A stretch of DNA of 64,000 nt from Oculina patagonica. Its lineage: Eukaryota. Where the stretch lies: NCBI RefSeq assembly GCF_052425735.1, contig NC_135761.1:51026001-51090000 (forward strand). The letters are read 5' to 3'. The position numbers were made by a program, and so were the translations under genes. The notes beneath the pieces are model-generated. The model did no database searches. It worked only from the letters and a program-made list of their open reading frames with translations, and had not been told where the DNA came from. Positions 12,524 to 25,905 of this stretch are shown here, piece by piece (within the stretch, counting starts at the first letter, position 1; each line of letters begins with the position of its first letter).

Positions 12524-14360
12524 AAAGGTTGTCAATTGATAAGTAATGTGTATTGCCTGAACGTTTGAGTGTATTGTTAGTATTGTTGCATGGCTAAAGT
12601 ATATTGATTGTACCACATGTGTCCCCACATGTGGTAAATGAGTTACACTTAATTAAAAGCTGGGTGTTATGTACTTAATACTAGCATCCCATTCGGGGAA
12701 GTATGGGAGCGGAGAAGGCGGGGGGGGGGGGGGGGGCGGGGTATAGAAATACTGCTGGGTGTTTCATGCTGTGTAAACCGAAGATTATGGTGACTATCGC
12801 TTATACTACTCGAGTAAGTAGTCCACTTTGTGCATCGCGCACGTGATCGTGGTTTATCAGTGAATACTCAACAATGAGAGAAGTTCCTCAGTTAACTGTC
12901 GAAGTATTTTAGGCCTGCTTGTAAGTTCTGGTAGGCTATTTTGTAAGTTATTCAAGAGCCACTCGAAGGGTTTTGTCAAACGTTTTAACTTACTGCTGTT
13001 TTTATCCTTGTATGATGTAACCCTTGCTGTACTGTGTACAAATAAACAAATCGGATTCCTGTGCCGGATCTTTTGAGTTTTATTAATCTTTCATAAGATT
13101 ACAGAATCATACTCCCGCTCAACAAATTGTCGCTAGTATGATAAAAAAAGCATGATCATAAACCCAGTTGGTCCTTATCCAGTCCTTCCAATGACCATTT
13201 TCTTAAGGTTTTCCTACAGAAACTGAGTACAGTGTTTATAGACGTTAGTGTTTCTGGTGCAATTTAAACAGCAATTTGTTTTCTGCGAGCCCAGGCCGCA
13301 GTCGCAAAGTACCCACAATACATTTTTTAACAACATGTTACGGAAACAAAAGAGGCCATTTTTTTCCTTTTTGTTTTTGTAACGAGAGCTCTGTTTCAAA
13401 TGAATGGTAAAAATTTGACTTTAGGCTAAAAAACAACGTTTTATCTGAGGAGTAGTAAGCACTTTGACTACGTGTTTTTATAGAGGTGAATTCTAGGAAG
13501 ACAGGAAATCGTGGAACATAAGCCACATGCGCGTATGACCGCAACTGTTTAAAACTCTCACGATTGTTACTTCAACACTGTATGTTTTTATGTCAGTCAG
13601 AGGGTGCACTTTGTAAGAGCTACTATTTCTTAATTTGCATGAAATCAAACTAAACAAAAAAACCGTCAAATGTAACTCGTTAAGTTTTCTCTTTTTCATT
13701 TTAACATTTTTCATCGTTTTTCTGTCTAAGTTGAGGCAGATGCGAATTTGTTTTCATTCTGGAGTCTGGGTTTGACAAACAAATTATTGTGTTTTAAATT
13801 ACTTCAACTTTATCCAAGTTGAGTTCTAGTGCAAACAATTCTTTCTTCACAGCTTGATTCTCAATAAACCTTTGAGGATGTTTTCCACTAAAACAGGATA
13901 AAACTTAACGACTTAATTAAGATGTTATCCTTTTAAACGACGGTATGGTTGGAATAATTTTTGTTTAAAAGTGTTTTGAAAAGCAATGAATGCTCTGTAA
14001 TAAATAATAAATGTTCTTCAAGTTGTCCATAATAACATAGCACCGTTGCTTTGTTAAGGCATTGTTAACTTTCATCGCTTCTTCAATTTTCAGTTCTGAT
14101 CTGCAGCCAATAAAACAAAAGTAAAAAAATATATATTCATAACGTCTGAACAAACGAAACAATAAAATTAAGAGAAAATCTTAATTGGAGTAGAGTTCTC
14201 AATAGGGCATACTAACATTAGGCTTTTCTAGACTTGCAAGTTATTTACTGCCAGTTTGTTAATTTTGTACAGTCACAAATACAGGACCGATGTACGGAAG
14301 CATTATCACTGAAAAAAGGCCTAAATTTTCAAGCATAAATTCGGTGTTTTGGATAAAGTG

Positions 14361-17300
14361 ATGGCGTTGTTTTTGTCGATATTTTGGCTGATATCACAGC
14401 TTTTATACTACAGCTTAGCTTGTAACGATAAACGAGATCACGTAACACCTATAACACGAGAAAACCGAAAACTTAAAGGAAATCATTTAATTCAACGTCT
14501 TTCTACAGCCAGTCAAATCTCCTGCAGCCATCTATGTTTGAAGAATTCTCGTTGTCTTTCAATCAACTACAATCTGTCTGGGGTAGAAGATGGTGGACTT
14601 TGTGAATTGAATGATGCTGGTTTGTCCGATGATTTTGAGGAAAAAGATTTAGTGATGGCAAAAGGTTTCATTTTTTCGCAAATACGCTGTAAAAAGGTAA
14701 GTTTCACCATCCATATATTTCATAGTAGAAAAGTTCAAGCATATAAATCGCATTACATGTATAAGAATAGCTGTGCCACTCTAGGTAGTACTCTAGGTAG
14801 GTACTCTAGGTAGTATCCTTTGTTTTTTTTTTAAAGTCAAACTTTGTGGTATGTAAATTATACGTATATTCCTCTAGCATTGTCCCCACTGATTATTTGA
14901 TGTTTTTTTTTTTTAACTTTCTGATTGAAGTTTTTCGTGTTTTTTGGATGGTCTTCAGTTGAAGGCCTTTTGAACTTGTGCGGAATTTCATGTGCAAAAA
15001 AGGAATCAATGTTGAGCGAGATACTGAACAAGAACAAAACTAGCTAACTAACGGAAGTTTATTCCATGGTTTAGGGTGCGAAGAGGCCTAATTTGTGTCA
15101 GCCCTAACACCGCGATACATACACTTGGGATGACCCTTTGTTCCCATAGTAAGAAACTTGGTTGTATTTTAAAAATTACCTTGACGTATCTCTATCGCTT
15201 TTATTGCAGGTCAAGAAAAGGAGCTGTCCAAAAATGGACTCAAAATTCAAAGGTTTGAATCTGAATGTCAGAATAAGTGTGAGAAAAATAATATGATCGG
15301 CAGCTGCGGTTACGAAGACAGTCAGATGTTTTCGTTCGTCAATAACAGTTAGCAAATATTGTGATTCTATGGATAGCAATGGTTAATTTAAATTAATTGT
15401 ATTTCTGTGGCCATAGCAAATTGACAGTATTATTTTTGGCAGGTTCAATTTACGAATAACAGGACAAGTACAAAAAACCAGTAAAATCATGCGTATCGGC
15501 AGTGCTCCCAGAAATATCCTTATGTTAATAACGCATTCCTTTTTACTTAGATTTTGCTCTCGAGTTTCCAACACAAAGCACCACCAACGCAGTGTTCGCC
15601 AAACGTATTTCTAGAAGGATAACAGAATTTACTCTCTGCCTTTGGATGAATTCAAAATACAGCCAAGATCATGGAACTCCATTCAGCTATGCAGTGCAAG
15701 ACAGTATGCAAGAAATTGTTATCTATAACCACAATAACCTTGCTCTACATGTCGGTAGTGTGTCAACAGCCGGGTAAGAGGAGTACTGACCACTAAGTGC
15801 GTTAATCGTATAAATAACAAAATTCTCGATTTTGATTGGTTTTGCGTGCGCCTATTTGCCGCGTAATCGGCGCGCGATCACGTGGGTTGTCCAATTACAG
15901 GTATCCAATTTGAAGTTGCTCAAATTGGATACCTGTAATTAGACAACTACGCCAATCGCGCGTCAATCATGCACATTTGAATGGGTTCTTTCTTTGCCGT
16001 TTTCCTACTTTTTGGACAACCAATTTAGTTTACCTTTGACTTTTTCACACAAAATTAGGTTCCTAAAGACTTCCTAACCTCTAGGGGGATTTTGTTATTG
16101 TTACGATTAATTAGTAATTGGACCTTGTGTCGTACATTTAAGAGAGTAATCGTGCTCGTAATTTATAATCGGCCTCGCGCTGCGCGCTCTGCCGATTTTG
16201 AACTTACTCGCCCGATTGCTCTCTGAATTGTACTCCACTCAGTCCAATTATTATTACTAATTGCGCAGAGTTAAAAAATGCAATGTTTAATTCAGATACG
16301 CCAATTATTTTTTGACATGTAACTCGTGCGTTAAGAGAGCCGCAAGCATTTGTTGTCTCGGTGGTGCGCTCACTGATATGTTCTTAGCAGCAACACTGAA
16401 AACTTTTGATAAGTTATTCTGGTTAATTTTGCGCATGAATTATTTGCCTCTGGCGTAGTTACGACTTATATACATTTCCTATAATCTAAGAAATTAAAGT
16501 GTGTAAGCCGGATTAAAAACAAAAAGAAAGGAGCAAAAAAATGGTCTTCATGGCATAACGAAGTAAGCTATATGATTTTATCATTCTTGTTGTGTCTTGT
16601 TTAATTTGGGGGGTGCTTAGTTATAGTAATTGGACTAAGTGGAGTACAATTCAGGGAGTTGTCGGGCGAGTAATTTCAAAATCGGCAGAGCGCGCAGCGC
16701 GAGGACGATTTGAAATTACGAGCACGATTACTCTCTGAATTGTACGACACGAGCTCCAATTACTAATTAATCGTATCAATAACAAAATTCGAGGTTAGGA
16801 AGTCTTTGAGAAGCTTTTTTAGTGTGAAAAAGTCAATGGTAAATTCAACTGGTTGTACAAACAGTGGAAAAACAGCAAAAAATAACCCATTTATATGCGC
16901 GTGATTGGCGTGTTGGTGTCTAACTGTAATTAGACACCCACGTGATCGCGCGCCAATTACACGACAAATAGGCTCTAACCAATCAAAATCGAGAATTTTG
17001 CTATAGATACGATTAAGCGTGGTAGCGAACAGATCTATAACTTCTCATTACACGTTCAGCCGAGTTAACACGAGCAATTTTTATATTACAATTTTTATTT
17101 GCTGGTGTAGAAGAGAATATTTGGCCAATTTTATGTGACAAATAAAAGTTGTCACATAAGAAAAGTGGCTGTGTAGATGACTCGCCACATAAAATGTGGC
17201 GAGTATTGTGTCAGCATATGTGGTCCCCAATCTTCCATGTTCGTACTGAGCACTGTGCGCGCGTATCTCTTTGTGTATCTCTGCTGTCAAAGATCATTAA

Positions 17301-18110
17301 AGGCGCACTTAACTTTGGATTGCTGACAAATAATTGTTGTATCATCTACACGATCAAATACATTTGTCACATTAAAATTGTCGCATAAAAATTGCCCGTG
17401 TAAACACGGATTACATAGGAGTTTGCCAAGGCCATTTTCACGTTACTCGTTTATATTTGCAAGTGTGAGGCATTTAAAAAAGTTATTCTAGCTTTTAAGT
17501 CTATTTATTACAGTTGGTTTAAAACGTTTTTAATGATTTAAAATGGGACGCAGAGTTTGTCTAAAAAGAAGAAAGCTCATTATATTTTTTTATTGTTACG
17601 TTTCGAGAAAAGTTGTTTGTTTTAAAAATATTTTAGTAATAATAATAATCTAAAGACTTATATTGCGCTATAAACAACCAGTTTTGTCACGATGGTAAAA
17701 TCTTATATTTATATATTGGCAGGACACAATTGTCCGTGGCTGACGGCGACTGGCACCATATGTGTGCTACCTGGTTGAGCACCAGTGGCTCTTGGAGGTT
17801 CTTCATAGACGGGACCTTGGCAACAAGTGGAACTAATCTTAATGCAGGTCACGTGATCGAAAAAAGTGGGGTCGTAGTTTTGGGCCAAGAACAAGATACA
17901 CTGGGAGGAGGGTTTGAGCAGTACCAAGCCTTCGTAGGCAAAATAGCTAATGTCAACCTATGGGACTGCGTTCTTCAGGAAGACGAAATAGTGGAGATGT
18001 CAAAAAGTTGCCTGTTAGGGGAGGGTAATGTTTTGAGGTGGGACCAATTTAGAGACGACATTCAGGGAGAAGTAAGGATTGTTGATCCTTCGCCATGTAA
18101 GGCTCCATGA
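14361..18110 (+). CDS. Secreted PAN/Apple + pentraxin-domain protein, 329 aa; join(14361..14696,15210..15252,15551..15773,17723..18110)
   Basis: Signal peptide; PAN cysteines (CSHLC, RCLSINY, LCELN); pentraxin motifs FALEFP, FTLCLW, GTPFSYA, DGDWHHMCATW, VVLGQEQD, GKIANVNLWD; GT/AG junctions give a continuous 990-nt frame. Confidence 0.88.
15804..17015. mobile_element. Pair of inverted ~400-450-bp repeat copies in pentraxin intron 3
   Basis: ~15804-16260 is the reverse complement of ~16624-17015 (e.g. AAAATTCTCGATTTTGATTGGTT / AACCAATCAAAATCGAGAATTTT). Confidence 0.8.
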
Positions 18111-19479
18111 GTAGGAGCAACAAGAAATATCGTTTAATCGCAGTTTTTTTTTTGTGACGAAAGCTTTCATTTTGCCATAAAAATAATCTGCACGATAGAT
18201 CTTATTTCACAAACACTCTTGCTTCTTGGCCATTTCAATTTAAAAAGAAATAAAATACAAACAGCGGCAACAAACATAACAGATGGACCACGCATGGTTT
18301 GAAAAAGAACTTAAAATTTACTTGACCTTTTGCATGCTACAGCACGCATTGATGCAAACATTAAGGGGAAGAATATTTATATAATAACAGTTGTAAAAGG
18401 ATGACCGGAAAATAGACCTTCGAGAACTGACTGACGGTTCCAGCAGATTACTTTATGGGAAAAGATAACCCAGACCTGGATGGAAAGATAGGCAAAAACT
18501 CCTTTTTCAGTAACTTTACAAAAGTTCGTAGAACTGAGGTGACCACTCTGATTTAGTTGGGAAGTGTTGGGGATGAAGGGGAAAAATCGAGCTGGTAAAG
18601 ATTAGCGCGGGGGGACTATTATTCTAGAAGATGCGATAATCAGTATTTTACAACATTTTGGCCTTCAGGGAGGCAACAAAGAGCGAGTGCACTTACACTT
18701 TTCACAACCTATAATGCTTTTAAATCCGTCTTGTAGACAGTATTGTAGCAGTTCTCACGAGCTTGTAACTACACGGGTCCTCTTTTGTGATTCTTACAAG
18801 CGGGTTTTTTTTTCTGTAGTTCGTCTCTTGCCGAAGAGATAAGTGGCGCTTGCCGCCCTGGCAAAGTTCGCGGCCTTCGCAACATTTTTAGAACTACGTA
18901 TTGTAAGAATGTTAGATAATAAAACCATCGTTTGAACTGCACTTTTGATGGAAAGAAACGTCCAAGTTTGTCTGAGAGCTAGTTGCTTTGTAGTGCAGTT
19001 TTTAGTTAAACGGAATTCTCGAATTGGGGGAGGCGCTCAAGAGCGAGGGCACAGTTTTTCCCTATACGGTCCTGCCTAGGCCGGCAAATAACATTTTTTT
19101 CCCCTACTTTATTTGTTTTTAAAAGAAACCTGGAAATATTGTGTTACAAAATCTTCGTTTGTATATGTGCGTCATTTCAATGTTGAGTCGATCGACGGGT
19201 TAACAAGAGTGAAAAATGTTGTTTATTATTTAATTCCGAATAAAATAGCATCTCTTAAAACACAACGTACTTGCAGAAAGATTCAACATATTTAATTAAC
19301 ACTGAACAGATTCAAGAAAACAAACTGAAGTACTAAATATAGCACACAAAGCATTATCATTCACAAAACTAAACACTTTAAAATCGACTTGGGCTTTCCT
19401 GTTCGTAGGATATTAATTTCTCTGACTAAAAATATACTATATCTGACTGAAATACAGTTTCTGTACCTTTACACAACTT

Positions 19480-20710
19480 CTTTTTCTAAACCATTCCCAG
19501 GTCTTCTTCAGTGCCTTTTAAAGTTATCATTTCTATAGCCATACAATATGGATTTAACAGGGCGTTGATCGACATACGTATCAGTAACTTTTGTACATTT
19601 TATCACAACAAACTTCGAAGTTTCAGAAAAGCCGCCCATTTCTCCTGTTGCTATAGCAATATGCGATAGACACATTGGTATTGCCATGAACAATACATTA
19701 CTCCCAACTAAAAGAAATCTCCTTCTTGCAAGTGTTGCTTCCCTTTTGATTCCAAATTTGCTGCCTGACTTGCGAACCACCACAAAGATATGCACATACA
19801 GCTGTATAGGGGAATGGTTGGTAAATACCCTATTGCACTCTGAATTGAAAGGCAGATGTAGGTTTCATAACCACTGGTACTATAAATATCTGCATAAGCT
19901 AGTGACCATCCTCCCATTGCCAATGCTACTAACCAAGTTACCAATATGCAGTAATATGCCTGCTTGATACGCACCCTGATGTGAAGTTTCATGCAGAAGA
20001 CTACAGCTAAATACCGCTCAATTGTTACCGCGAGGGATATTATTATCATAGAATTAAATGAAAGTGCGGCGATAAATCCTAAAGGTAGGCATATAGACAC
20101 ACGCTTACTCCCCATTTCATTCACTGACAAAACATGGTATACTGTTGCTATAGCGATCGAATAGACACCAGTTATAACACCACTTACACACATGCTGGAC
20201 ACAAGTAGTAAAGGGGCGTTGGATTTTTATCCCTGTTCGTTACGATAACGACGAAAACGATCAGGTTAAGAAAGAAGGCAAAGATTCCAATGGGAAAAGC
20301 GAAAATTAAAATTGTCTTTCCCATTTCTAAACAAACATTTTGTGTATCTACACTTCCTACAACTTTAAGGCATCGGGCCTCATCACGAATGCACTGTGGG
20401 AAGAATCGTTGCCTCGTTAACACTTGATACTTCTTATTGATAATGTACTTGTGTTGGACGCAGCTCTCTCACATGAGAACACCATCGTTTCCCTCAGCAA
20501 TCTCACGTACATCATAGCTTCTAACCAGAGAGCAAAACTGTGCAGTTAGCGCTTATAGATGCACCTTTGATTATCCGTAGATGTTTGTGGCTCAAGATGT
20601 TTTTCGTTATCGTCCAATTGGTATTTCCTGTAACATCCAGAGAGGTTAAAAATGGTAGTTGATGACTAATGTCGCCCTTCTACTCTTTTAGCTTATTTCT
20701 TCCAATGTCC
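19480..20710 (-). pseudogene. Frameshifted class A GPCR pseudogene, probably LRR-containing (LGR-like)
   Basis: TM1 FLNLIV, TM3 AVTIERY, ECL2 ICL and TM7 INALLNP/ILYGYRN are split over several frames with stops; Cys-rich hinge upstream and weak LRR-like remnants (DIGRNKL, LDDN). Confidence 0.75.
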
Positions 20711-21093
20711 CTATAAACAGAGAAGAAAATAATTACTACATTATGCCTAGTTGAAATAAGCCTTCTTGGTTTCATTTGCAGCATTTTGACATAAAGGCAC
20801 TATTCATTTGCTTTCAAGAAAGACATAAGAACATAATATTATAGGCTATTTTCACTTACAGTTTGGAGAGGCGAATAAGGCCGTTAAAAGACTGATTTTA
20901 AATGTAGCGGATATTGTTTCCCCTCAGAGATCTAAAAGTATGAAAAACAAGCTTGGTTACATTATTCTAAAAGGCAGATCAGACACTGTAGGTAATAGAG
21001 AGCAATCATAGTAATCATTGTAATGGATTGCAAAAGAGAAAAAACAAACTTATCTGGTATAAATAAAACTGCTGGAGCGATCTGCGTTCATAA

Positions 21094-21380
21094 CTAAAAT
21101 ATAAAAAAAAGTTTAAACAAATCTAAAAAGGTTTAAATAACTCTAAATTTTCGATCGCCTTCTGCGGTCTTCTACAGAGAAAAAAAGACTGGTTGCCTCA
21201 CTATTGGGCAACAAACATTGTCTCAGGATATTTTATATTTTTTATAATAAAAAAAATATTTATGTTTTGTGAGTCTTGCGAAGTCATTATTTTTTCTCTG
21301 AAGAAGACTGCAGCAGACGATCGGAAATCTAGAGTTATTTTAACATTTTAGATCTGTTTGAAACGTTTTTATATTTTAGC
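21094..21380. repeat. Inverted ~100-bp pair with degenerate hammerhead-like core (possible Penelope-like terminal repeats)
   Basis: 21094-21190 is the reverse complement of ~21283-21380; consensus CTGAAGA-A-GACCGC-loop-GCGATC-GAAA. Confidence 0.5.
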
Positions 21381-22220
21381 TTGTATAAAATACCCTCTCC
21401 TACTTTTTGTTGGTTTATAAAAACGTTAGGAGATGCGTTTGTCCCGTTCTGCGAATGTTGTTATCTGCTGGATTTGTTTATTTAATCAAGGACCAATAGC
21501 AGTGATTTTGCTTGGTCTGCTTCGTTTTAGGTACTTCAATCGAATATATTTGATTTGTAGACTTTGAATCGAATTAAAATGGATAATATTGTTAACTCGG
21601 CGCCGGGCATATCGCTTTCTGTATTTCCATTCTAATAAATCAATTCAACGCTTTCCCATGGAATTTGTGGTAAAATATTTCAAAATCCCTCGAAAGCTTG
21701 CCAAAAAGGAACAATGTACGGCCATACATCCTTTTTAATTTCCAGATAGCAGTAATCATTTACTCATCATCAATACCTCGTTGAAGTCCCAAAGTTCTTG
21801 CTTTCAGGTTCTTCATTATTTGGGTGTATGTGCCAATGATTGTACAGCATTTTCATAACTCGCTTCGTCAAGAAATAATACATTGTTTTTACAAATTACG
21901 ACGACAAGTTACTCACAATGAAACCGGAAATGTTTTTGCGAAGTAAGACAGGTTTATGGATAACAATGCTTTCCTTGCTACTCAGGTTTAGTTATCCTTT
22001 ACTTTTCAACGCTGGACTCTCCATTTTGAATAAGCCTGTGCATACTACCCATACAGCAAGTAATCAACGCAAGACAAGAGCTTGGTTGCTATTTCTTGCT
22101 CCTAAAATATATTCATTTCATTCCCATACAATTGACTATTGACCATTGACTATTTCGTAGAAATGCTCAGTGAGCTTGGAATGCCTCTGGCTATTTATAT
22201 TATCTTTGCTATCAAGTGCT

Positions 22221-22804
22221 TTTATGCCATTCTCCCCTCCCTTGGCTAGGGATTCACAAACTACTGGGCTGCATACCCGCGCTCGTTTACTGGGCACTTG
22301 ACTAAAGACAGACAAATTCAGATGGAGTAAAATGGCTAAGGGCAAAGACCCAAAGCCGATTTAATGATAAAACATTCTTGAATAAATTACAAAAACAATT
22401 GGTTCTAAAAATTTTGTTGAGCCCAGTAAAGGTGAGGGCACAAAAACGCCAAAAAAAAAATAAATAAATAAAAATACAACAGGAAACAAGGTGGACAGGA
22501 CAAGGGGAGGAGGAGGGACTGTGAAAAACAAACGTGTGTCATCCAGCGAGAAGAGCACGAGTGAATGAACGACTGGCTGCTTTGTAGCCAGGCCACGAGT
22601 TAAAACTACAAGCGGGGGGCTCAATACATTGAAATACCATACCCCCTTGTCCAGGCCCCGCGCGTGTCCTATTCTGTTACATAACAATATCTGTTGCATA
22701 AGCAGCTTACACAAGTGTCTACAGTGCTGCACTAATAAAATATACTAAATTAACCGGGAAGAAAGACATAAAAATCCTATTCGCATTGCAAATAATTTAT
22801 TTAT
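22221..22804 (-). mobile_element. Third, full-length copy of the 579-bp ATAAA-bounded element
   Basis: Reverse complement of 3675-4258 with few differences; TTTAT at both ends. Confidence 0.9.
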
Positions 22805-25800
22805 CTTTCTACAATAGCTTTTTGTTGAGTGCCTACAAACTGCAATTTTTGTGGTCAAAAACCAATGTTTTTTTGTCGTGTAGTTTTTGTGAAAATAGCT
22901 GTTTTAAAACTTTCATGGAGTGGGTTGCATCGTAGGTTACTTAGATATGCGAACTTCCACGAATACCTGATACACGCTGTTATGAGATACAATAGCAAAA
23001 GCTAGCCTCCTACGAAGACCGTTTTATCCCGCGGACGGGCCCACTGAACACAAGAGGCTACAGGTAGCTGTAAAAGTACTGTAATATGACCTACGTTGAA
23101 ACTGAACTAGTCGCCCTTGTAAATAAACAAATTCGGCAGTTATCCTAAAATACTATACTACCAATATATTCGTAGTACGCATTCCAAAGCTTTATGATAT
23201 TAAGGCCTTTTATCTCTCAACGTCAGTCTAGTCTATATATATATATATTTATTTTTTTTTTTAACGTCAGTCTAGCTTTGAAAACAAAGAAAGTAAACCA
23301 AATATTTATTTTCCGCGTTTATGCTAATATTTTCAAAGACTGAAAGATTGTTTATGTAAAAGCGAACTCCAGCCTCCCCCAAATCCACAGCCGTCTTGTG
23401 TAAAACATGAAGAAAACGAGACCGAGTTATGTTTTCCCTGTAAACACCAAGTTTTGCTTTATTATGATGTAGAATTTCGGCTCTGTTTCAAAGTCATAAT
23501 CATGTAGTACTAGGCAGCTTATATTACAACGCAATCCTTAGAGGATTTGATATACCTTTATTAATGCTTTGCCTTAAACTCTTAATATAGAAAGCCTCAA
23601 GGCACGCTAATTGCAACCAGTTGTCATTGCGGTCAATGACCTCAACAGCATTCAGAAAGGCTAACTGTCTCTTAAAACCTTTCACAATTGTCTAGATCCT
23701 GATGTTCGTACATGGGTTGTGTCCTCTTGTTTCATCTTGTTAGTCATCGCTACTCGATCTCGTTTTCTTTATGCTTTAATTCAACACAAAAGCGACTGAA
23801 AATGTAGTCCAAATAATCTCTATTTTTTTTTAAGACGTAATGTCTTAGACCTGCCGGTTGTTTTGTTGTTTTCGGCGAGCTCTTTGGTGTCAAGTCATCA
23901 AGTTTTTTCCGCGTTTTAAGTGCATAGCAATTACGTAGATCGTTGCTTACACCCCTAATTACAGTTGTCGCCAGAGAGAATTTTCCGTGTTTAATGCTAA
24001 TGTGAAAAGGTATTTAATCTAGGTTTGTTACCCAAAAGCCAGCTACTAGTCGAGGGAGGACGTAGCGCAGCATCACCAGAGGAGCTAGTGAAAAGGTAAA
24101 AACTCGTTCATCGTTTGTTACCAAACTAAACCGGAGTCAACTTTTGAAATAATATCAGACAGAGACAGGGCGGGAGAAAGGGCAGACAGGCCCAAATTTT
24201 TTGACAATGCAGTTTAATGCAAAAGGTTTTCCTTTCAAGATGATTTGGAATTTTGCGGCGTTTACTCGGCGGCAGGCAACATTTTCCTAGTTTCAGTTCT
24301 CAAAATCATCACTGGAACTGATAACATCAGCTCTCTACACTATTTTGTACTGTCTGTCTCGAAACCTTTTTACCGCATAGCTAGTAGGGCAATAAGAAAT
24401 CTGTTACGATTTGGTTTAGATTCCAATTTGTGTGTTGAAATTGAAAAAGCTTTAAAGCTTTCTTAAAACATCGAAGAGTGCAAATTGCGTGTCTTGGTAG
24501 AGAACTTTTAAGAACTTTTAAAAACTAAAGAACTTTTTCAGACGTAACACTGGTCTTGTACACGTATTCGCCGTTTTACACCCAATTTTTGTGCACAATT
24601 AGACCGAACCAAAACTAAATCATTTTGAAGCCTGCTAAAACCATTTATTTTGGTTTTAAACGATGACAAAATCTTAACAACTTTGGAATCCTTATGTAAA
24701 TTTCACTCTGCACTTGAATTTTCAACTTTTTCCGCTTTCAGTAAAAACTTTCAAATCTCAGTTTTTATTAGAGAATTAGGTCCAAGGAAGATAACAAATA
24801 GAGATTAAGAGCAAGTTTTGATTTAGCTCTGCTCATTGCGTAAGTCCTTTGTGACTTTTTAAACCTGTAGTCCGAATTTACTTTGCTGTGCCTGTCAGTG
24901 CTCATTACTTATTCATTAATGAATCATCTTTTTAAATCATAATAAACACCACATCAAGTCAAGAGTTCGGGGGGTTGGTGGTGCAGAACAGATTTCTTTG
25001 AATACTTGAAAATAAAGATAGCTTATATACGGGAACACAATATCAAGAAGAATCTTCCATATTAAGATTATTAAGCTGCCAGACTGCAACAAAGGTAGAA
25101 AAAGGTGTCAAAAGCAAGTGAAACGAATCGCTCTGGTAACCGAATTAATTTGTACTCGCTAAAATAATTTGACCTCATGTAACACTCATTAAACCGTTTT
25201 GAATAACTTTTTAATAGACTAGGCGACGGCTTCATTGCCTACGGAAGATCCGTTTTCATTTGTTATGCTTGTCTGTAAGCTAACTTTCGTTGACATCCAG
25301 GATCCAGATTAACTAGTGGTTCTGTGGGGTGTAAGGCTTGAAATAATTTTTACAGTGTTTCAAAAATGTTATTTTTTAGGTGTTGTTTTAAAGATATTGC
25401 TTCAATATAAAAACTATTTTTTGTTAACCTTCAACTGATTCAGTGTCGATTTCGTAAAAAGGCGAAATTAAGCTACTGCTCAATACGAAATTTTCCAAAG
25501 TTTTAAATTTAATCATTACAATGAATAGTGGCCTTGAGGTATTAAATCAGTAAAAAATTGTCTTGTTTAGTTTTAAGACTGCAGTAAAAACCGCGTTGTC
25601 TTTGAGTTCAGTTAAGATGATAGACAAGCTTAAAAAAAAAAACATTTCAGTTGTCCTTGCGTTAAAAATACTTTCTTTCAAGTTGGAGACATGTATTTGT
25701 ATAACTCTAATATCATTTGCTTAGATCAAAGTTGGGGACTTGAGCAGTTTAATCTAACAAAAGCCAACAGAAATCAGTGAAAACCAACCGGTTTTGGAAG

Positions 25801-25905
25801 AAACGCTATCTTCGCTCAAAGGTCTAAAATAACGCGATACAAGTAATTTACGCTATAGGCAATAGCGCAACTAAACGGTTTGAATAGTAATTTTTTTTTT
25901 TGCAG

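Noticed and set aside
21400-22200. Additional upstream exons of the GPCR pseudogene
   Set aside because: Minus-strand frames have several stops and no motif I could support
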